From: Candidatus Eiseniibacteriota bacterium
Lineage (GTDB): Bacteria; Eisenbacteria; RBG-16-71-46
Direction: 5' to 3'
Assembly (NCBI GenBank): GCA_031364845.1
Contig: JANLWX010000190.1
Coordinates: forward strand, 1 to 14,413
Length of the DNA: 14,413 nucleotides
Below are positions 7,240 through 14,413 of this stretch, in pieces (positions within the stretch are counted from its first letter, which is position 1; each line of letters begins with the position of its first letter). Below the pieces are notes generated by a model that was given only the letters and a program-made list of their open reading frames with translations, searched no databases and was not told the DNA's origin. The position numbers and the translations under genes are program-made.

Positions 7240-7709
7240 GCGCGCGCAGAGCGAAGCCGTCGAGCCGTAAGGCCGCCGCACGCCGCACGCCGTCCGCGAC
7301 GCAGCGCCGCGCGATCACACCCGCGCGCCTCATGGCCGAGGCCGAGATCGCGCGCACACATGCCTACGCGCCCTACTCACGTTTCCGCGTGGGCGCCGCA
7401 CTGCTGACGACCGACGGGCGGATCATTCATGGTTGCAACGTCGAGAACGCATCGTTCGGACTCTCGATTTGTGCGGAGCGCAACGCGATGTGGAAGGCGC
7501 TGAGCGAAGGCGAGCGTTCGTTCGCGGCCGTCGCGGTCACGGCGGAGCCCGGACATGGTGCCTCGCCGTGCGGGGCATGCCGCCAGGTGCTCCACGAATT
7601 CGCGCCGGATCTGCGCGTCTACTGGAGCGACGGGCGCGGGGGCATCCTCAAGGCGAAGATCGAACAGTTGCTGGCGCGCCCATTCCGGCTCGTGCGGGGG
7701 AAGAAATGA
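7236..7709 (+). CDS. cdd: Cytidine deaminase (homotetrameric type)
   Basis: [21 protein letters not shown], Zn ligands CAER and PCGACRQ; GTGA overlap with the deoB stop. Confidence 0.94.
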   Translation: MSARRAKPSSRKAAARRTPSATQRRAITPARLMAEAEIARTHAYAPYSRFRVGAALLTTDGRIIHGCNVENASFGLSICAERNAMWKALSEGERSFAAVAVTAEPGHGASPCGACRQVLHEFAPDLRVYWSDGRGGILKAKIEQLLARPFRLVRGKK

Positions 7710-8650
7710 GTGTCGATCGCGATCGTCTCGTCGACCTGATCACGCGCAAGGTCATGGAGGAGCTGTCGGGCGGAGCCGTGGCCGCTCCTGCGGCGCCTCG
7801 GGTACCGAACCGCGCCGAAGCCGCCACGCCCGGGCCGGGAGCCGATGCGCACGATCATTCGACCTGCCAGCGCTGCAGCAGCTTCGGTGTCTCGGCGGTG
7901 CGCGGACCCGAAGAAGTGCGCGCCCTCGCCGCGGCCGGCGCCTCACGCGTCGTCGCCACCGTCGGCTACTGCCCCGCGAGCGACGGGCTCGCCTCGCTCA
8001 TCGATCACACGCTGCTCAAGCCCGAGGCGACGCGCAGTGAGATCGAGCAGTTGTGCCGCGAGGCCGCCCAGTTCTGCTTCGCCTCGGTGTGCGTGAACCC
8101 GAGCTGGGTTCCGGTGTGCCGCGAACTGCTGAACGCTTCCGGCGTCAAAGTGTGCACCGTGATCGGATTCCCCTCGGGAGCCCACGCGCCGGACGTGAAG
8201 GCTTATGAGACGCTGCGCGCGGTCCAGCAGGGCGCCGAAGAGGTCGACATGGTGATCAACATCGGCGCCTTGAAGTCCAAGGACTACGCGCTGGTCGAGC
8301 AGGACATCCGCGGCGTCGTGCAGGCCGCGGGCAAGAACACCGTCGTGAAGGTGATCCTCGAGACCTCGCTGCTCACGCGCGAGGAGAAGATCATGGGCAG
8401 CTCGCTTTCGAAGGCCGCGGGTGCCGACTTCGTGAAGACTTCGACCGGCTTCGCCGGCGGCGGGGCGACCGTCGAGGACGTCCGTCTGATGCGCGAGACG
8501 GTTGGCCCCGAGATCGGCGTCAAAGCCTCGGGCGGCATCCGTTCCAAAGAGGACGTCGAGGCGATGGTCGAAGCCGGTGCGACCCGGGTCGGCGCATCGG
8601 CTGGCGTGAAGATCGTTCGCGGCGAAGCGTCCGAGTCGAAGAGCTACTGA
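7706..8650 (+). CDS. deoC: Deoxyribose-phosphate aldolase with ~94-aa N-terminal extension
   Basis: [51 protein letters not shown] (Schiff-base Lys), [17 protein letters not shown]. The ATG at 7706 overlaps the cdd stop (ATGA). Confidence 0.95.
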   Translation: MSVDRDRLVDLITRKVMEELSGGAVAAPAAPRVPNRAEAATPGPGADAHDHSTCQRCSSFGVSAVRGPEEVRALAAAGASRVVATVGYCPASDGLASLIDHTLLKPEATRSEIEQLCREAAQFCFASVCVNPSWVPVCRELLNASGVKVCTVIGFPSGAHAPDVKAYETLRAVQQGAEEVDMVINIGALKSKDYALVEQDIRGVVQAAGKNTVVKVILETSLLTREEKIMGSSLSKAAGADFVKTSTGFAGGGATVEDVRLMRETVGPEIGVKASGGIRSKEDVEAMVEAGATRVGASAGVKIVRGEASESKSY

Positions 8651-8653
8651 GCT

Positions 8654-9952
<1,299 letters not shown>

Positions 9953-10056
9953 CCAGGATCGACGACGCCCCCCGGCAATTGGAGCTGGGGCCGTCCCCAC
10001 GCGGCTGATCCTTCACAAGGCGCCGTCGGCAGGTCGATGCGGCCTGGCCCGCTTCC

Positions 10057-12258
10057 CTAGATGCTTCTGCTCCGGGGCTTCTCCGCAGCGTCCTTCTCGC
10101 GATCCTTGCGGTCCAGCTCCCGCAGATCTCCGGGCGGCCTCGGTGCCGCGGGATCGGGCTCCTCGAGATCGAGCGGCACCTCATCCGGCGGCTCGACCGT
10201 CAGGATCGGAGCCGAAGGTGCGAGCGGATTGCCGGGGTGCGTCGTGCAGTACTCCGTGGGCTCGGCGCCTTCGTTGAAGGTCTCGGAGGTCACGGTCGGA
10301 CACGCGTCGGTCGCGAGCATGCCGGTTTCGGCGCACACGGGCCGCGTGACGGTGCCTGCGGGCACCGGGAACTCGTCGACCGGCCGCCCGCGCGTCGCGG
10401 CGAGCATGAACTCGGTCCACGCCGGCAGCGCGGCGCGCGCACCCGTCACGCCGCGACCGATCGTCTTCTTCTGATCGAACCCGACCCACACGCCGGCCAC
10501 CAGGCTCGGGATGTATCCGACGAACCACGCGTCGACGTAGTCGTCCATGGTGCCGGTCTTGCCGGCCGCCGGCAGCGTGAACCCGCGCGCGCGCGCGGGA
10601 TAGCCGGTGCCATGATCCATGACGCTCTGGAGCATCGAGGTCATCGTGCCTGCGGTTTCCTCGGTCAGGACCTCGGCGGGGCGCGGCGTGTTCTTCTCGA
10701 GCACGTTTCCACTCTTGTCCTCGACCTTGAGAATGAAGATCGGATCATTGCGGATGCCGCGATTGGCGAACACCCCATAGGCGGACGTCAGTTCGAGCAG
10801 ATTGACCTCACTGCTGCCGAGCGCGAGCGAGAGGTTCTGGCCGAGCGGACTCTTGATCCCCATGCGCCGCGCGTAGCTCGCGACCAGCGACGTTCCCACT
10901 TTGCGGAGCAGCTTGATCGCGGGAATGTTCACGGACTGCTGGAGCGCGTAGCGCAGCGTCACCGGCCCGCGGAACTTCCGGTCGTAGTTGCCCGGCTGAT
11001 AGAGCTTGCCGTCGCCGCCCGGGAACGACACCGGCTCGTCGACGATGACGTCGGTGGGGCGGAAGCCGTTGTCGATCGCCGCCGCGTAGACAAACGGTTT
11101 GAACGCCGAGCCCGGCTGGCGCTGGGCCTGTGTCGCGCGGTTGAAGTTGCTGTGATTCCAGTCGCGGCCGCCGACCATCGCGCGCACATATCCGTTGCGC
11201 GGATCGATCGCGACGAACGCGCCCTGGAGATACGGCGTCTTGCCTTGCGCGCGATTGGCGGCCGCGGGGGCGACGTAATTGGCGTACGTCTTTCCGAGCT
11301 TGAAGTCGGCTTCGAGTTGCCCGAGTTGCCGCTCCAGCGCGCGCTCGGCGGCCTGCTGGAAGTCGACATCTATCGTCGTGTAGATGCGCATGCCGCCCTC
11401 GTAGACGGCGTTCGATCCATAGCGTTCGTCGAGGTAGAGCCGCACGTATTCGGTGAAGTACGGCGCGCGCTCGTTGCTGTAGCGCTGCGCGGTGACGCCG
11501 AGCGGGGAGCTCATCGCGTGATCGAATTCGACGCGCGTGATCGCTCCGGTCGCGAGCATGTTGCGCAAGACCTTGCCGCGGCGCGCGGCCGAGGCGGCGG
11601 CCTTGCGGCGCGGGGAATAGAGACTTGGGTTCGCAGGGAGGCCCGCCAGCAGCGCGGCCTCCGGGAGCGTGAGATCGTCGACGCTCTTGTTGAAGAACGT
11701 CTTGGCCGCGGCCTCGACGCCGTAGGCGCCTTCTCCGAAATAGATCTGATTGAAATACATCTCGAGGATCTGGTTCTTCGAGAAATTGCGCTCGATCTCC
11801 ATCGCGAGCGCGACTTCCTTCAGCTTGCGCGACACTGTGCGCTCGTGCGTGAGGAACAGATTGCGCGCGAGCTGCTGCGTGATCGTGCTTCCGCCTTCGA
11901 CGGTGCGCCGGCGCAGGACGTTCTGCACCACCGCGCGGCCGACGCCCCACATGTCGACGCCCCAGTGATTGTAGAAGCTGCGGTCCTCGGTCGAGATGGT
12001 CGCGTTGATGAGATGGCGCGGGATGTTCTTGAGCGCCACGGTCGAGCGGTTTTCCTTGAAGAATTCATGGAAAACGCGGCCACGCGCGTCGTAAACGAGC
12101 GTCTTGGTCGCGGGCCGGATCGCGGTGAGCTGATCGGGTGTGGGGAGGTCGCGACCGATCCAACGCACGACGCCGAACACCGCGCCGGCGGAGCCGAAAA
12201 CGGCCACGACGACAAGTATGAAGAAGAGCTTCCAGGGAAAGCGCATGGCCATGGTCAT
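10057..12258 (-). CDS. mrcA: Class A penicillin-binding protein (PBP1A family)
   Basis: N-terminal TM helix; glycosyltransferase motifs EDRSFYNHWGVD, GGSTITQQLARN, RKLKE, KNQILEMYFN; transpeptidase SAFK, SVN, KTG. Start uncertain among in-frame ATGs at 12285, 12258, 12252 and 12246. Confidence 0.9.
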   Translation of the reverse strand: MTMAMRFPWKLFFILVVVAVFGSAGAVFGVVRWIGRDLPTPDQLTAIRPATKTLVYDARGRVFHEFFKENRSTVALKNIPRHLINATISTEDRSFYNHWGVDMWGVGRAVVQNVLRRRTVEGGSTITQQLARNLFLTHERTVSRKLKEVALAMEIERNFSKNQILEMYFNQIYFGEGAYGVEAAAKTFFNKSVDDLTLPEAALLAGLPANPSLYSPRRKAAASAARRGKVLRNMLATGAITRVEFDHAMSSPLGVTAQRYSNERAPYFTEYVRLYLDERYGSNAVYEGGMRIYTTIDVDFQQAAERALERQLGQLEADFKLGKTYANYVAPAAANRAQGKTPYLQGAFVAIDPRNGYVRAMVGGRDWNHSNFNRATQAQRQPGSAFKPFVYAAAIDNGFRPTDVIVDEPVSFPGGDGKLYQPGNYDRKFRGPVTLRYALQQSVNIPAIKLLRKVGTSLVASYARRMGIKSPLGQNLSLALGSSEVNLLELTSAYGVFANRGIRNDPIFILKVEDKSGNVLEKNTPRPAEVLTEETAGTMTSMLQSVMDHGTGYPARARGFTLPAAGKTGTMDDYVDAWFVGYIPSLVAGVWVGFDQKKTIGRGVTGARAALPAWTEFMLAATRGRPVDEFPVPAGTVTRPVCAETGMLATDACPTVTSETFNEGAEPTEYCTTHPGNPLAPSAPILTVEPPDEVPLDLEEPDPAAPRPPGDLRELDRKDREKDAAEKPRSRSI

Positions 12259-12300
12259 GGTCGCATCAAGTCTCGAAGTGAACATCGGGGAACGCATCGG

Positions 12301-12329
12301 AGCCTATGAGGCATGTGGTGAGGGGTCAA
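12301..12329 (-). promoter_or_regulatory. Putative sigma70 promoter for the PBP1A gene
   Basis: Minus strand TTGACC-N17-TAGGCT. Confidence 0.55.
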
Positions 12330-12378
12330 GCGTCGCACGGAGCGCTCATGTCGAGATGCGGCACGTCGATCGCGGATG

Positions 12379-12408
12379 TTGATGGCCGCGGCGCGCGGCT
12401 CGTACAAT
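12379..12408 (+). promoter_or_regulatory. Putative sigma70 promoter for tyrS
   Basis: TTGATG-N18-TACAAT; AAGGAG SD before ATG 12443. Confidence 0.55.
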
Positions 12409-12442
12409 CGCCGCCGAATGTCGTCTTCCGAAGGAGTGAGTC

Positions 12443-13714
12443 ATGACTTCCCGTTTGCAACCGGAGCTGACGCCCGAGCAACAGCTGGAAATACTCGCGC
12501 GCGGCACCGAGGAGATCCTCCCCGAGGGAGCGCTGCTCGAGCGCCTGCATCAATGCCGGCGTGAGACACGTCCTCTACGGGTGAAGCAGGGATTCGATCC
12601 CACCGCGCCCGACATTCATCTGGGCCACACGGTGGGGCTGCGCAAGCTGCGACAGTTCCAGGAGCTGGGACATCAGGTCGTGTTGATCGTGGGCGACTAC
12701 ACGGGAATGGTCGGAGACCCGAGTGGGCGCAGCAAGACGCGGCCCCAGCTCTCCATGGAGGAAGTCGAAGCCAACGCGCTCACGTACCTCGACCAGTTCC
12801 ATCGCGTAGTCGAGGCGCGGCCCGCTGCGCCATTGCTGCCCGTCGAGGTGCATCGCAACGGCGAATGGTTCGCGCGCATGGCGTTCATGGACGTGATGAA
12901 GCTCGCCTCCGAGTACACGGTCGCGCGCATCCTCGAGCGCGAAGACTTCTCGAAACGCTTCAAAGCCAGCCAGCCGATCAGCATCCACGAGCTGTTCTAT
13001 CCGCTCATGCAGGGCTACGACTCGGTGGCGATCCGCTCCGACGTCGAGCTCGGCGCGACGGAACAGAAATTCAATCTGATCGTGGGGCGTGCGCTTCAGG
13101 AGGCGCATGGACAGCGGCCGCAGATCGTGATGACGCTGCCGGTTCTGCCCGGGCTCGATGGAGTTCAGCGCATGAGCAAGAGCCTCGGCAACTACATCGG
13201 CGTCGCGGAATCCCCGCGCGAGATGTTCGGCAAGGTGATGAGCCTCCCGGATGGCGTGATGTTGCTGTTCTGGCGCCTCGTGACGGACGCCAACGCTGAT
13301 GAAATCGCAGCGATCGAGCGCGAACTCGCGGATTCGACAGTGAATCCGATGTCGGTGAAAAAGCGGTTGGGGCAGAGGATCGCGGCGATGTATCACGGAT
13401 CCGATGCGGGAGTGCAGGCGCAGGCGGATTTCGAGGCGCAGTTCAGTAGAAAAGAAGTGCCCGATGACCTCGAGGAGTTCGGCCGCGATGCCGTGCTCGC
13501 AGCACAGGGGCACGCGCCGGCGGTGACGATCGTGGAATTCCTTGTGGCCAGCGGAATTGCGCCTTCGAAGGGCATGGCGCGGCGACTCGTGGAGCAGGGG
13601 GCGGTGAGCCTCGGCGGAGTGAAAATCCAGGATGTTTCGTTGTGTCCGGAGCTAGATCGCGACGAAATTCTGAAGGCCGGACGGAAGATGAAACGCTACC
13701 GCCCAGGGGCCTGA
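12443..13714 (+). CDS. tyrS: Tyrosine--tRNA ligase
   Basis: KQGFDPTAPDIHLGH (HIGH), GDPSG, YPLMQGYDS, DVELGATEQKFN, RMSKSLGN (KMSKS), C-terminal S4-like domain. Confidence 0.96.
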   Translation: MTSRLQPELTPEQQLEILARGTEEILPEGALLERLHQCRRETRPLRVKQGFDPTAPDIHLGHTVGLRKLRQFQELGHQVVLIVGDYTGMVGDPSGRSKTRPQLSMEEVEANALTYLDQFHRVVEARPAAPLLPVEVHRNGEWFARMAFMDVMKLASEYTVARILEREDFSKRFKASQPISIHELFYPLMQGYDSVAIRSDVELGATEQKFNLIVGRALQEAHGQRPQIVMTLPVLPGLDGVQRMSKSLGNYIGVAESPREMFGKVMSLPDGVMLLFWRLVTDANADEIAAIERELADSTVNPMSVKKRLGQRIAAMYHGSDAGVQAQADFEAQFSRKEVPDDLEEFGRDAVLAAQGHAPAVTIVEFLVASGIAPSKGMARRLVEQGAVSLGGVKIQDVSLCPELDRDEILKAGRKMKRYRPGA

Positions 13715-13760
13715 AACCCGCGCCCAGCGCGGCTGGAACTCGTTGTCGGATCTGCCGCTG

Positions 13761-13809
13761 AAATAAATTACCCCATGGGGTTGACATCGCGGAAGGCCGC
13801 ACCTATATT
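13761..13809 (+). promoter_or_regulatory. rRNA operon promoter P1 with UP-like element
   Basis: AAATAAATTA (13761-13770), TTGACA(13781-13786)-N17-TATATT(13804-13809), followed by a GC-rich discriminator. Confidence 0.8.
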
Positions 13810-13845
13810 GCCCTTCGCCGCAGGGAATGCCTCAGCAGTTTCTAG

Positions 13846-13875
13846 TTGACTTCCTCACACAACAGAGGCTAGATT
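13846..13875 (+). promoter_or_regulatory. Putative second rRNA promoter (P2)
   Basis: TTGACT-N18-TAGATT followed by CCCCG. Confidence 0.55.
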
Positions 13876-13878
13876 CCC

Positions 13879-13928
13879 CGTCCGCCTTTTTCGTTTAACA
13901 AGGCGGACGCAAACTCGATCTTTGAAAA
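13879..13928 (+). promoter_or_regulatory. rrn leader antitermination signal: boxB-like hairpin plus boxA
   Basis: 10-bp stem CGTCCGCCTT/AAGGCGGACG (13879-13909), then GATCTTTGAAAA (13917-13928), similar to the boxA consensus TGCTCTTTAACA. Confidence 0.7.
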
Positions 13929-14075
13929 CTGAATAGCGCACGTGACTTGAGAAGGCCCGGCGAGGCCCCAAAATCGCATCGATACTGATGTGATGATGGG
14001 TTTCAATATATTCCTTGCTTGATTGATCCGTGCATTCGAGACGCAAGTCTTGTCTGCATGTTTCTCCGAGTTTTT

Positions 14076-14413
14076 ACCACGGAGAGTTTGATCCTGGCTC
14101 AGAACGAACGCTGGCGGCGTGGATTAGGCATGCAAGTCGAACGCGAAAGAGGGGGAAACCCCTCTAGTAGAGTGGCGAACGGGTGAGTAACGCGTGAAGA
14201 ACCTGCCTTCAACAGGGGGATAACACTCCCAACGGGGTGCTAATACCGCATGAGACCACGGGATCGCATGGTCCTGAGGTCAAAGGTGGCCTCTATTTAT
14301 AAGCTACCGGTTGAAGATGGCTTCGCGTCCCATTAGCTAGTTGGCGGTGTAAAAGACCACCAAGGCGACGATGGGTAGCTGGTCTGAGAGGATGGTCAGC
14401 CACACTGGGACTG
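14076..14413 (+). rRNA. rrs: 16S ribosomal RNA, 5' portion (runs off the window)
   Basis: 27F site AGAGTTTGATCCTGGCTCAG at 14083-14102, plus GAACGCTGGCGG, CATGCAAGTCGAACG, GGGTGAGTAAC, CTAATACCG and CTGAGAGGATG..CAGCCACACTGGGACTG. The 5' end is approximate. Confidence 0.98.

Noticed and set aside
7433..7705. Further N-terminal extension of DeoC (405-aa ORF)
   Set aside because: It overlaps cdd in another frame; ATG 7706 has the typical ATGA coupling.
12286..12297. PBP1A start at ATG 12297
   Set aside because: It lies only 3 nt from the predicted -10 box, so it would be upstream of the transcription start if that promoter is real.
10237..12309. 690-aa plus-strand ORF and other long antisense ORFs (327-1307, 5926-7281, 7943-9001, 12575-13513)
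   Set aside because: Stop-poor antisense shadows of real high-GC genes, with no recognisable motifs.
13855..14046. 63-aa minus-strand ORF
   Set aside because: It lies antisense within the rRNA leader, with atypical composition and no motif.

Overview
High-GC bacterial chromosomal window of mostly housekeeping genes. In order: the 3' end of an extremely acidic protein, agmatinase (speB), an RlmI-type rRNA methyltransferase with a heptapeptide-repeat N-terminal tail, a minus-strand DUF4126/mazG/DUF1844 block, a plus-strand alr-deoB-cdd-deoC-pdp run (alanine racemase plus pyrimidine deoxynucleoside catabolism), a convergent class A PBP, tyrS, and the promoters, leader and 5' end of an rRNA operon. 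Three non-routine signals stand out. (i) A ~164-bp MITE-like palindrome between alr and deoB appears to have split an ancestral TAGTG stop/start overlap and now sequesters the deoB ribosome-binding site. (ii) DeoC has a ~94-aa N-terminal extension with a microcompartment encapsulation-peptide-like helix, a His/Cys cluster and a copy of its own C-terminal motif, although no shell genes lie in the window. (iii) RlmI carries an 8x PRRESDx repeat tail whose DNA copies differ at many synonymous sites. All calls come from motif recognition by eye; no searches were run.
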